Source: Lysobacterales bacterium CG_4_10_14_3_um_filter_64_11 (GTDB taxonomy: Bacteria > Pseudomonadota > Gammaproteobacteria > Xanthomonadales > Xanthomonadaceae). Taken from it: DNA of 50,787 bases. Position 1 is the first letter of the stretch; each line of letters begins with the position of its first letter. The notes below the pieces were generated by a model. That model made no database searches, was not told the origin of the DNA, and was given only the letters and a program-made list of their open reading frames with translations. Shown one piece after another: positions 25,764-35,900 of the stretch. The stretch lies in contig PFJA01000286.1 of the NCBI GenBank assembly GCA_002782905.1, positions 1 through 50,787 on the forward strand. Direction: 5' to 3'. The position numbers and the translations under genes are program-made.

Positions 25764-27500
25764 ATGAGCCCGCGCCATTCCCACGTTGCGTTCGCCCGCG
25801 AGGCCGCCGAGTTGCTGGTCGACGCGTTTGCCGACTACAACGCGCGCTTTGCCGACATCACCCGCCGCGCGCAGCGCCATTTCGAGCGTCGCGACTGGCT
25901 GGCGGCACGCCGTGATGCGATTGCCCGCATCACTTTGTACGATCACAGCGTCGCGGAGACGTTTGCGCGCCTGGAGCAGCGCATGGGTGAGCGCATATTC
26001 GCGCATGCACTATGGGTGCAGGTAGCGTGCGAGTACGGCGCACTGATCGCGTCATTGCTCGATTCGGAGTTGTACAAGACCTTTTTCAACACGCTGACGC
26101 GACGCTTTTTTCGCACCCGCGGTGTCGATCCGGATATCGAGTTTGTTGCGCTGGATATCGAGCCGACCGATCACATCACCCATCCGGTGGCACGCCACAG
26201 CTATGTCGCTGCGGCCGGGCTGACGGCGCTGTTCGAACGGGTACTGGCGGATTATCCATTCGCTGTGCCGTTCCGCGATGCCGCGGCGTGTGCCGGCGCA
26301 ATTGCCGCCGCGCTCGATGCGCGCTTGCGCAGTTGGGGCACGGTGCCGGTAGTTGCGGTGGAGCTGCTGGAAACCGTGTTCTATCGTGAGCGCCGCGCCT
26401 ATCTGGTGGGCCGCGCAATCGGCCGCGAACGGCATGCGCCGTGCGTGATTGCGTTGGTCAATGACGATGACGGATTGCGGGTGGATGCCGTACTGACCGC
26501 TGGCGATCAGGTCGCGGTGTTGTTTGGCTATACCCACAGCTACTTCCATGCCGACCTGCCGACCGTGGGCGATGCGGTGGTGTTTTTGCGCACGCTGCTG
26601 CCCGCCAAGCCGGTCGATGAGCTGTACACCGTGTTGGGCCGCGCCAAGCAGGGCAAGACCGAGCGTTACCGGCATTTCTTCCGGCACCTGGCGTTGCACT
26701 GCGACGAGCCGATTCGTGCCGCCGACGGCATTCGTGGCATGGTGATGGCGGTATTTACCCTGCCCAGCTACCCGCTGGTGTTCAAGGTGATCCGCGATCG
26801 CTTTGGTTTCGGCAAGTCGGTAGCACCCGAGCAGGTCCACGAAAAGTACCGGTTGGTGGCGCACCATGATCGGGTCGGTCGACTGGTCGATGTGCAGGAG
26901 TTTCGTTACCTGCGTTTTTCACGCAGGCAGTTCGCCGCGGACATGCTTGCGGAGCTGGAAGTGGAGTGCGCGCAGCGGGTATTGCGCGATGGCGACGACG
27001 TCGTATTGCTGCATTGTTACGCCGAACGGCGGCTGCGGCCGCTCAATCTGTATCTGCACGAAGTGGCGTCGGCCGAGGCCGAGCGGGCGCTGCTCGATTA
27101 TGGCCAGGCGATCAAGGATCTGGCGCGCAGCAACCTGTTTCCCGGCGATCTGCTGCTGAAAAACTTCGGCGTTTCGCGCAGTGGGCGCGTGGTTTTTTAC
27201 GATTATGACGAATTGTGCCTGGTCACCGAATGCCGGTTTCGCACGCTGCCAACGCCACGCCACCATGAAGACGAAATCGCCGACGGTGCCTGGTTTTCGG
27301 TCGGCGAGCATGACGTGTTTCCGGAACAGTTTCCGCGCTTTCTCGGCCTCGATGCGCAGCGCCGGCAGGTGTTGTTGGCTGCGCACGGCGAGATTTTCGA
27401 TCCCGAATGGTGGCAGGCGCTGAGCACGCAACTGCAATCGGGTGCGTATGTCGATGTGCCGCCGTACCCGCAGTCGGCGAAGGTGTTGAAAACCGGTTGA
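25764..27500 (+). CDS. aceK: isocitrate dehydrogenase kinase/phosphatase
   Basis: Full-length (578 aa) similarity to AceK by recognition. Recognised segments are the N-terminal ...LLVDAFADYNARFADITRRAQRHFERRDW, the kinase core ...VMAVFTLPSYPLVFKVIRD... and ...FPGDLLLKNFGVSRSGRVVFYDYDE. Confidence 0.93.
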   Translation: MSPRHSHVAFAREAAELLVDAFADYNARFADITRRAQRHFERRDWLAARRDAIARITLYDHSVAETFARLEQRMGERIFAHALWVQVACEYGALIASLLDSELYKTFFNTLTRRFFRTRGVDPDIEFVALDIEPTDHITHPVARHSYVAAAGLTALFERVLADYPFAVPFRDAAACAGAIAAALDARLRSWGTVPVVAVELLETVFYRERRAYLVGRAIGRERHAPCVIALVNDDDGLRVDAVLTAGDQVAVLFGYTHSYFHADLPTVGDAVVFLRTLLPAKPVDELYTVLGRAKQGKTERYRHFFRHLALHCDEPIRAADGIRGMVMAVFTLPSYPLVFKVIRDRFGFGKSVAPEQVHEKYRLVAHHDRVGRLVDVQEFRYLRFSRRQFAADMLAELEVECAQRVLRDGDDVVLLHCYAERRLRPLNLYLHEVASAEAERALLDYGQAIKDLARSNLFPGDLLLKNFGVSRSGRVVFYDYDELCLVTECRFRTLPTPRHHEDEIADGAWFSVGEHDVFPEQFPRFLGLDAQRRQVLLAAHGEIFDPEWWQALSTQLQSGAYVDVPPYPQSAKVLKTG

Positions 27501-27771
27501 GCAATGGATTTCATCGCCGCTCACTGCGGGCTTCGCCGCGAGTACCGGCCGAGCACGTGCAACAGCGCTCCGCAAAGCACGCAAAAGTCGAAAAATGTTC
27601 CCGATTGGCGTCGAATCCTTGGCGTCGTTTGCGTCCTTCGCGAAGCCAATGCGTTTCAAGGCCACGATGGGTTTCGCTCCGCGCTACCCATCGCGCCGGC
27701 TGTGTTAGGCTCTTTCGCCACCAGCCGGCGATATTCTGTGCCGGAAACCGACGCACTACCGGGAGACAGCC

Positions 27772-28647
27772 ATGATCCGAACCACCCTTGCCGCCGCGAT
27801 GCTCGTCACACTTGCTGCCTGCTCGCCATCGGGTGAGCCCACTGCCAGCACGGAAACGGCGCCTCAGGCCAGCACGGCTGCCGCCAAGCCCGCGCAATCG
27901 CCGCTGGACGCTGCGCTTGCCGGCAACTGGCGCGACCCGGCCAATGTCGCGCGCGACGGGTGGCGGCATCCGGCGCAGACTCTGGCATTTTTTGCCGTGA
28001 CACCCACGCAGAGCGTGATCGAAATCACCCCCGGCGGTGGTTGGTACACCGAGATTCTGGCGCCGATGCTGCGCGACAACGGCCATTACATCGCCGCGGT
28101 GATGGACCCGGAAAGTGCCACCAGCGAGGGTGCCAAGGGCTACTATGGCAAGCAGATCGAAACCCTGAAAGCCAAATTGGCGAGCGCGCCGGAAGCGTAT
28201 GGCGCGCCGGAGATTCGCACGTTTGATCTGGCCAATCCGGTATTTGGCGAGCCCGGTTCGGCCGATGTGGTGCTGACCTTCCGCAATGTACACAACTGGC
28301 AGCGTTCGCAAACGGCCGAGGTGATGTTTCAGGGGTTCTTTGCCGTGCTCAAGCCCGGCGGCACCCTGGGTGTGGTCGAGCATCGTGCCAATGGCGATGT
28401 TGCCGCCGGCGATGCGTCGGGTTATGTCGGCCAGGATCAGGTGATTGCCATGGCCACAGCAGCCGGCTTTGCGCTGGAAGCGGCGAGCGAGATCAATGCC
28501 AACCCGGCCGATGGCAAGGACCACGAGGCTGGCGTGTGGAGCCTGCCGCCGGTGCTGCGTCTGGGCGACAAGGACCGCGAAAAGTATGCCGCAATCGGCG
28601 AAAGCGATCGCATGACCTTGCGATTCCGCAAGCCTGCCATGCAATAA
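27772..28647 (+). CDS. lipoprotein-leader class I SAM-dependent methyltransferase-fold protein (COG4798-like)
   Basis: Lipobox LVTLAAC after a GGGAGA RBS. It has a methyltransferase-like core (VIEITPGGGWYTEIL..., VLKPGGTLGVVEH). Confidence 0.8.
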   Translation: MIRTTLAAAMLVTLAACSPSGEPTASTETAPQASTAAAKPAQSPLDAALAGNWRDPANVARDGWRHPAQTLAFFAVTPTQSVIEITPGGGWYTEILAPMLRDNGHYIAAVMDPESATSEGAKGYYGKQIETLKAKLASAPEAYGAPEIRTFDLANPVFGEPGSADVVLTFRNVHNWQRSQTAEVMFQGFFAVLKPGGTLGVVEHRANGDVAAGDASGYVGQDQVIAMATAAGFALEAASEINANPADGKDHEAGVWSLPPVLRLGDKDREKYAAIGESDRMTLRFRKPAMQ

Positions 28648-28653
28648 GCTGTT

Positions 28654-30435
28654 TCACACCGGCGCCGATACCTCGCCCGTCTGCAAACGCCACAACGCGG
28701 CGTACGCGCCGTTGGCCGCGAGTAGCTGCGCATGGCTTCCGCTTTCGCTGATCCGGCCGTCATCGATGACGTGAATGCAGTCGGCGTGGCGCACGCTCGA
28801 CAGGCGATGAGCGATGATCAGGGTGCTGCGTCGATGGGCCTGGCGCAGCAACGAGCGTTGAATGGCGGCTTCGGTTTCGTTGTCCACCGCCGAGGTGGCT
28901 TCATCGAGCACCAGCAGCGCCGGTTCGCGGTACAGCGCACGCGCCAGTGCGATGCGCTGGCGCTGGCCGCCGGATAATTGGCTGCCACGCTCGCCGACCG
29001 GGTTGTCGTACCCGTTTGGCAACGCCACGATGAACGCATGCGCCTCGGCGGCACGCGCCGCCGCCTCGATGCGCGCGCGGCTCGCCAGCGGGTCGCCATA
29101 GGCGATGTTGTCTGCCACGCTGCCATCGGTGAGAAAAGGCTCCTGTGCGACATAGCCGATGGCTCGGCGCAGCGCGATCGGGTCGATCTGGCGGGTGTCG
29201 ATGCCATCGAAACTTATCACGCCGCGATCGGGTTGATGAAAGCGCAGCAGCAACTTCAACGCGGTTGATTTGCCGCTGCCGGTGGCGCCCACCAGCGCCA
29301 CGCTGGCGCCGGCCGGTATCCGCAGCGTGAAATCATCGAGTACCCGCTGCGCACCATAGGCAAAGCACACACCAGCAAACGTGACCTCACCGCGTACCGG
29401 CTTGGCCAGCGCCAGCTCACCGGGTGTGGCCACCGGTATCGCCAGCAAGGCGAATACGCGCTGCACCGAAGCCATGGCGCGGTTGTACAGGTCGGTGATG
29501 TCGGCCAGGTGGGTGAGCGGCCACAGCAACCGTTGGGTGAGGTACACCAGCGCCGAGTAGCTGCCGACACCCAACTCGCCGCGCAGGGTCAGCATGCCGC
29601 CGTACAACAACGTGGCGACAAACCCGAACAGGATCGCAATGCGGATCACCGGCGTGATCGCGGCGGAAAAACGGATCGCCGCGACATTGCGCGCACGGTA
29701 TTCATCCGACGCTGCCGCCAGATGCGCGGCCTCGAAACGCTCGGCGGTATACGCCTGGATCGTGGCCATGCCGCCGAGGTTGTTGGCCAGCCGCGCCGAC
29801 AGGGTGCCGGCAGCCTCGCGCATTTGCGCGTAGCGTGGTGCCAGACGGCGCTGGAACCAGAACGCGCCAAACACGATCAGCGGCACCGGCAACAGCGCCA
29901 GCACTGCCAGATTGGCGGTGAGCACGAAGAAAATGCCGCCGACCAGCAGCGACGACATGAACACCTGGATCAGCTCATTGGCGCCGGTGTTGAGGAAGCG
30001 TTCGATCTGGTTGATATCCTCGTTGAGTACCGCCATCAGCCGGCCGCTGCGGGCGCTGGTAATGGCATCTGGCGGCAAACGTTGCAAGTGCTCGTAGCTG
30101 TTTTGCCGCAGCACGTGTTGCAGGTCTTGCGCCAGGTTGCGCCAGCGCACCGCATACAGATACTCGAACAACGACTCCAGCGCCCAGATCGCCACGGTCA
30201 GGCCGACCAGCACCAACAACTGCTGCATCGGATCGGGCAAACCCAAGCGCGCGATGAACGATTCGCGCTGATTCACCACCACATCCACCGCCACACCGAT
30301 CAGCAGTTCGGGCAGCACATCGAATAGCTTGTTCAGTGCCGAATACAGGCTGGCCAGTACCGCGCTGCGGCGAAACGGGCGCGCATAACGAAACAGTTCG
30401 ACCAGCGGATGGCACTGCGGCAGGGCGTTGCTCAT
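28654..30435 (-). CDS. ABC transporter, fused permease/ATPase (MsbA/exporter type)
   Basis: Six-TM exporter domain followed by Walker A GATGSGKST, signature LSGGQRQRIALARAL and Walker B LLVLDEATSAVD. Start set at MSNALPQ (ATG 30435). The 808-aa track ORF is an artefactual upstream extension. Confidence 0.88.
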   Translation of the reverse strand: MSNALPQCHPLVELFRYARPFRRSAVLASLYSALNKLFDVLPELLIGVAVDVVVNQRESFIARLGLPDPMQQLLVLVGLTVAIWALESLFEYLYAVRWRNLAQDLQHVLRQNSYEHLQRLPPDAITSARSGRLMAVLNEDINQIERFLNTGANELIQVFMSSLLVGGIFFVLTANLAVLALLPVPLIVFGAFWFQRRLAPRYAQMREAAGTLSARLANNLGGMATIQAYTAERFEAAHLAAASDEYRARNVAAIRFSAAITPVIRIAILFGFVATLLYGGMLTLRGELGVGSYSALVYLTQRLLWPLTHLADITDLYNRAMASVQRVFALLAIPVATPGELALAKPVRGEVTFAGVCFAYGAQRVLDDFTLRIPAGASVALVGATGSGKSTALKLLLRFHQPDRGVISFDGIDTRQIDPIALRRAIGYVAQEPFLTDGSVADNIAYGDPLASRARIEAAARAAEAHAFIVALPNGYDNPVGERGSQLSGGQRQRIALARALYREPALLVLDEATSAVDNETEAAIQRSLLRQAHRRSTLIIAHRLSSVRHADCIHVIDDGRISESGSHAQLLAANGAYAALWRLQTGEVSAPV

Positions 30436-30501
30436 GACGAGGGTGGGCCTTGGGTCGGGGTTGGGCAGGCACGCTGCGGTGGTGTGCCGTAGAATACGCG
30501 A

Positions 30502-31047
30502 GTGCTGGTCGCTCTCAACAAACCGTATGGCGTGCTGTGTCAGTTCACTGACAGCAGCGCGACTGCGCGCCCGACGCTGGCTGGCTTTGGTTTGCCGCCA
30601 GGGATTTACGCCGCCGGGCGCCTGGATATCGATTCCGAAGGCTTGTTGTTGCTCAGTGACGACGGCAACCGTATTGCGCAGATCAGCTCGCCGCGATTCA
30701 AATGGCCGAAGACCTATGTGGTGCAGGTCGAGGGCACGCCCAGCGCCGAGCAGATGGCCGCACTCAAGGCCGGCCCGGTGCTGAAGGATGGGCCGACCGA
30801 GGCGGTTCGCGTGCAAGTGCTGGCGCATCCGCCGGAATGGTTGTGGCCACGCGATCCGCCGGTGCGCAAACGCAAAACCGTGGCCGACCATTTCATCGAG
30901 ATTACCATCCGTGAAGGGCGTAACCGGCAAGTGCGCAGGATGACAGCGGCGGTGGGGTTGCCCACCCTGCGCCTGATCCGGATCGCCATTGGCCCGTATC
31001 GCCTCGATGGCATGCAGCCAGGGCAGTGGCGCAGCGAAGCCGAGTAG
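30502..31047 (+). CDS. rluE: 23S rRNA pseudouridine synthase E (RsuA/RluE family)
   Basis: ALNKPYGVLCQF...GRLDIDSEGLLLLSDDG catalytic-Asp motif. About 180 aa with no S4 domain, which fits RluE. GTG start. Confidence 0.85.
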   Translation: MLVALNKPYGVLCQFTDSSATARPTLAGFGLPPGIYAAGRLDIDSEGLLLLSDDGNRIAQISSPRFKWPKTYVVQVEGTPSAEQMAALKAGPVLKDGPTEAVRVQVLAHPPEWLWPRDPPVRKRKTVADHFIEITIREGRNRQVRRMTAAVGLPTLRLIRIAIGPYRLDGMQPGQWRSEAE

Positions 31048-31078
31048 GCGGCGCAAACAAACGCCAGCACAGGTGCGC

Positions 31079-31840
31079 ATGGCTGACTTCGCCGATCACT
31101 TTTCCGCACATGCCGCGCACTACGCCAGCGCACGGCCGTGTTATCCCGACGCCCTGTTCGCGTGGCTCGCGCAGCACTGTGCAGCGCACGATCTGGCGTG
31201 GGATGCCGGTTGCGGCAATGGCCAGGCCAGCAGCGCGCTGGCCAAGCATTTCACGCACGTGTATGGCAGCGATCCAAGCCGCCAGCAGATCGCACAGGCG
31301 CCGGCGCATCCACGCGTTCGCTATGCCGTCGAAACAGCGGAAAACTGTTCGCTCGCCGATGCCAGTGTCGATCTGATCAGTGTCGCGCAGGCCTATCACT
31401 GGTTCGCGCAAACGCGGTTCTGCGATGCAGTGCGTCGCGTCGCACGCCCCGGCGCGCTGCTGGCGATCTACAGCTACCAGCGTTCGTCGGTAAACGCAGC
31501 GGTCGATGCCCTGTTCGAACATCTCTATCACGACGTGCTCGGCCGGTACTGGCCGGCGCAGCGCGTGCAGGTTGAAACGGGGTATCGCGAGGTGTGGTTT
31601 CCGTTTGCCGAACTGCACGACATGCCCGTCTGGCAGTTGCGCTGCGATTGGACGTTGCCGCAGTACCTTGCCTACCTGCGCAGTTGGTCGGCCTGTCAGA
31701 CGTGCCTCGCTGCCACCGGCAACGACCCGTTGCACGCCATGCAACCTGCATTTATCCAAGCCTGGGGCGAGCCGACCCGCGTGCGCCGGGTGGTCTGGCC
31801 ATTGAATCTGCGGGTCGGACGGATTGCTGCGTCGGGTTGA
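31079..31840 (+). CDS. class I SAM-dependent methyltransferase
   Basis: Motif I LAWDAGCGNGQAS and post-I/II blocks (DLISVAQAYHWF, RPGALLAIYSY). Start set at MADFADHF (ATG 31079). Confidence 0.8.
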   Translation: MADFADHFSAHAAHYASARPCYPDALFAWLAQHCAAHDLAWDAGCGNGQASSALAKHFTHVYGSDPSRQQIAQAPAHPRVRYAVETAENCSLADASVDLISVAQAYHWFAQTRFCDAVRRVARPGALLAIYSYQRSSVNAAVDALFEHLYHDVLGRYWPAQRVQVETGYREVWFPFAELHDMPVWQLRCDWTLPQYLAYLRSWSACQTCLAATGNDPLHAMQPAFIQAWGEPTRVRRVVWPLNLRVGRIAASG

Positions 31841-31857
31841 GTCGGGTCGGCCGCAGC

Positions 31858-32074
31858 GCCTGCCCCCGACTTGATCTGGGGCAGGCTCCTGAAATTGCGC
31901 CTTGAAGCACCCCTGGAGCCACTGTGTCGCCCGCCGGGGCAAGCCCGCTTTTCTGCGGCGGCCGGCCAGCCGGCGAACGAACTGGCGAAAGTGCTTCGCG
32001 CGCAGGTGCACTCCCACAAGAGCCGGTCACCCACGTACAAGTAGCCGACCCTGTGGGCGACTGCATGCAGCGAA
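31858..32074. repeat. cluster of REP-type modules (TGTGGGAGC...GCGAA family and a TTGATCTGGG module)
   Basis: Module 31858-31889 (GCCTGCCCCCGACTTGATCTGGGGCAGGCTCC) resembles 43271-43303. Module 31970-32020 is roughly 80 percent identical by eye to the reverse complement of 43216-43266. Module 32050-32074 (CCTGTGGGCGACTGCATGCAGCGAA) resembles 41626-41651. Confidence 0.5.
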
Positions 32075-32081
32075 ACCCGCC

Positions 32082-32915
32082 CTACAACCAACGCGCGCTA
32101 GTCACCCGCTCGCGTTGCTCCAGATCGAGCGCGGTGCACACCTCGACAAAACCGTGGGCGGCGAGCAACGCGCGCACCGCCTCGCCCTGCGTCCAGCCGT
32201 GTTCCAGCAGCAAGTAGCCGCCGGGCGTGAGGTGCGACGGCGCATCGGCGATGATGCGGCGGATCGCGTCCAGGCCGTCGTCGCCGGATGCCAGTGCCAA
32301 CGCCGGCTCGAAGCGCAGATCGCCCTGTTGCAGATGCGGGTCGTCCGCTGCCAGATACGGCGGGTTGCTGACGATCACGGTAAAGCGCTCGCCGGCCAAC
32401 GGCGTCAGCCAATCACCGTGACGAAACACCACGTTGCCAATCCCCGTGGCGGTGGCGTTGCGTTGCGCCACGGCCAAAGCATCGGTGCTGATGTCCACAG
32501 CGGTGACGTGCGCCGCGGGCCGTTCGCTGGCAATCGCCAGCGCGATGGCGCCGCTGCCGGTGCCCAGATCGGCGAGCCGGCCATCGCGCGCCAATCGCGG
32601 CAAGGCCAGCTCCACCAGCAACTCGGTTTCCGGGCGTGGGATCAACACCCCGGGCTGCACCGCCAGATCGAGCGTCCAGAAACCGCGCGCACCGATCAGG
32701 TAGGCGACCGGCTCACCGCCGATCCGGCGTTCAAGCAGCGCAGTGAACGCGGTTTGCTGCGCGACGGCCAGCGACTCGTTACCGTGCGCAAACAACCAGG
32801 CGCGATCACGGCCCAGCGCATGGCCAAGCAACAGCTCGGCCTCGAACCGCGGCTGTGGCCCGGGCAATCGCGCTGCTGCCTGTAGCAGCGCGATGTCCAG
32901 CCGCCACTCAGTCAT
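32082..32915 (-). CDS. prmC: release-factor glutamine N5-methyltransferase (PrmC/HemK)
   Basis: Blocks GEPVAYLIG...F, LIPRPETE and [10 protein letters not shown], plus the catalytic NPPY. The start ATG (32915) overlaps the upstream ORF stop by 8 nt (ATGACTGA). Confidence 0.88.
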   Translation of the reverse strand: MTEWRLDIALLQAAARLPGPQPRFEAELLLGHALGRDRAWLFAHGNESLAVAQQTAFTALLERRIGGEPVAYLIGARGFWTLDLAVQPGVLIPRPETELLVELALPRLARDGRLADLGTGSGAIALAIASERPAAHVTAVDISTDALAVAQRNATATGIGNVVFRHGDWLTPLAGERFTVIVSNPPYLAADDPHLQQGDLRFEPALALASGDDGLDAIRRIIADAPSHLTPGGYLLLEHGWTQGEAVRALLAAHGFVEVCTALDLEQRERVTSARWL

Positions 32916-35900
32916 GCTTGGTTGCGGTTGAATCGGTCGGCACGGGCGATGCGGCCGGCTTGCGTGCCTGCGACAGCCAGACGCCGCCGCTGCTGAAACA
33001 TTGCCAGCCCCAGCGCAGCCAGCCGAGCAACGCGTTGGCCAGCCACAGTGCCCACAGCAACACGGCGGCCTTGTACGCCCACAGCGGCAGCGTCCAGGCG
33101 CTCGCCACCGGCAACTCGCCGTTGGCACTGCGGTCATGGAACCATTGCAACACACTGCCACTGGAGCCATTGCCACGCACGCCCATGTCCGGGCTGCCGA
33201 GCAGGCCCGCCGGCACCGCCAGCACCAGGCTCAGCAACGCCGCCACGCTGAGCACCAGCAGCAGCACCTGGCCCAGGTTGAAGCGCAGTGGCTGCGCGTG
33301 CTCGACCGGCAGGCGCGCACGCTGACCCAGTGCCAGCAGCCAGCCGGCGACAATCAGTGCGGCCCACCAGGAAACCGTGGCGAACCCCAGCCCCAGCAGC
33401 AACCACTGTGGCCAGCGCAGTGGCGTGCCGCTCCAGCGCCCGAGCACCGGCGCCAACAACGCCAGCAGCGCCAGCTCGCTCCACAGCAGCACCGCCGGCC
33501 CGATCTGCGGCCCGCCGGTCAGCAGCAGCCAGCGATCATCGGGCAAGACCAGTGACAGTTGAATGTCGGCCACCGAACGCCCAAGTTGCAGCGCCGCCGT
33601 GCGCAAGGCAAAGCCGCTGTCGCGATTCTCGCGCCAGGCGACTTGCACCGTTTGCATGCCATTGCGCACCGGCACGGTGACCGCACCATCGGCCAGCAGC
33701 AGTGGCAGCGCGACGCCATCGATCGCCAACGACTGCAACTGGGCACCTGCCGGCAACGGCAGGCGCAGTTCACCGGTACGGGTGGCGCGCACGATAAACG
33801 CCAACTGCTGGTCGCTGGCGCGCTTGCCGGGGTTGGCGCGCAATTGCAGGTTTTCGATCACCTGATCGTTGCCCTTGATCGCCGCGGGGCGGTTGATCGC
33901 CAGTTGCAGTTGCTCGCCCGGCAGCGGCAGGAAGTGCCAGTAGCCGCCGTCGTCGATCACGCCTTGCTGATCCAGTGCCAACGGCACACCCTGCGCGCTG
34001 GCGTGCAGCAGCGGGCTCACCGCCACATCCCAGCGCTCGCTCAGGTCGGTGCGCTTGCTGGCTTGCAGGGTCAGCGTTGCCGCCGGGTTCAACTGCGAAC
34101 TCCAGGTCACCGCGTTGCTGCCGGCAGCCATCGCCACCTGCGCCACGCCATCGGCAATCGGTGGTGCCTCGCCGATGATCGTTTCGCCGGCCAGCAACGG
34201 CACCGCAATGCTGAATCCGGCATCGGCGGGTGCCAGCCGCAGCACCCGGGTGTCGAGCAGCCACTCGCGGTCGAAGCGGAAACTGCGCACCACTTGCACG
34301 AACGCCGGTGCCTGCACCGTAGCGCGGGTGTCATCGCTGCTGACGGTGGCGGCCAGCGGCGGCGTCAGGCTCAGCGTGTTGCCGAGCAGGCGGCCGCGAT
34401 CCAGCCCGGCAATGCCGAAGCCGGGCGCCTGCACGCTGACCCGTGCCGGTTGCTCGGTAAAATGCAGTCCGAGCGGGCCGCCCTGCAAACGATAACGCAG
34501 CAGCACGGAATGGGCGCCGCGCGCGACCCGCACACGGGCGGTGCCAGCGACCCCCAGAACTGCTGGGGTGGCGCCATCCAGCGACACCGCCGACAGGCTG
34601 CCGGCATCGAGTCGTGGCAGTGCCAGCACGCCATCGGCCAATGCTTGCACCTGCAAACGCGCGCTCAGCTCGCGTGCGCTCGCCTGCACTTCGGCCAGCT
34701 CGATGGCGAGGCAGTTCGTGCCGCAGCGCGGGTCGGGCGCGAGCAGGCGGGCACGCAATTGATCGAGTAGAGCCGCATCGGGGATCGTGCCCTGTGCCTG
34801 TGCCGCACTGGGCGCCGCGAGACTGGCCGAAAACGCCAGCACCACGACCAGCATGGCCGCACTCGCGCCGGCCGTGGAGCGGCTGGCCTGCGGCATCGCG
34901 GCAGCCGCGCGCAATGCCGGCAAGCCGCGCAGCAACTGCCACAGCAAGGTCGCCAGCAACACCACCGACAGCAGCCGCCACAGCGCGGTCAGCCACGGCG
35001 GCGAGACCATGATGCCAAGCGCGTCGTCGGGCAACAACGGCCCGGCCCAGCTCAGGGTGTGTTGCCGCCAGTGCCACGCCGGCATTGCCGAACCGGCCTG
35101 CGGAATGGCGTCATCGGGGTAGCGGAACAAGTCTTCAACGCTGATGTGCGATCCGCTGACGGATAGGCGTTCCAGCGTGTCGCTGGCGGCGCTGCTGTTG
35201 GCCTTTGCCGGCCGCGGTGGTGCCGGGGTTGCCGGCGCTGGCGCCTCCATGGCCATCGGCATTGCGTCCTCAAAGCGTGTGGCTTCGTCCGGCGCCGTCG
35301 CACGCCTGGCGCTGACATACGGTTGCATGTCGGTTGCGCCCACCTGCACCGTGGCGCGTTCCAATTGCGGATGCAGCGCCAATCGCAACTGGCTGGCCGC
35401 GAACGGCAAGCCCAGCAACACAATGCCGGCCAGCACGGCGCGTTGCAGCCAGGCGGTGCGCTCATGCCACGGCCCCGCTGCGGTCAGCCGCAACACCACC
35501 GCCAGTGCCAGCGCGATCAACAACGTGATGCGCGGTGCTGACGGTTCGTGCCAGACCAGCAGCACGTAAGCAAGCAACAATCCGGCGCTGGGCCAGCGGC
35601 CCAGCCGCCAGCCCAGCAATACCAGCAGGCTGCCGAGGAACAGATCGAGCAGGGTCCACGCATCCCACCAACTGCCCCAGGCGCGTTCGGCACCGAACGC
35701 GGCGAGCAGGCGATAGCCCGGCGGCAGATTGAGTAAGACATCGGCGCTGTCGAACGGTTGCGCCCAGCCGCTGCCGGCGCTGCCGGCAGCAATCCGTGCC
35801 TGCGCCTGCAACTGGGCTGTTTGCGTGCGCAGCTCCACCCCCGCGCTGGCGTTGCTGTCGCCGGACGTGACCAACAGTTGGTCGGTGCCGCTGCGCACGC

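Noticed and set aside
25764-27500. Stand-alone aceK without aceB/aceA as an anomaly.
   Set aside because: As far as I recall, an unlinked aceK is the norm outside the Enterobacteriaceae, so it is not remarkable.
27606-27622. GGCGTCGAATCC looks like a tRNA T-arm (GGTTCGAATCC).
   Set aside because: No acceptor stem, anticodon arm or D-arm can be built around it. I found no tRNA-like cloverleaf anywhere in the window.
30436-31080. N-terminal 215-aa extension of the ABC transporter ORF (the track gives 808 aa).
   Set aside because: The extension is antisense to rluE and has no ABC-related sequence. A normal 593-aa exporter begins at MSNALPQ (30435).
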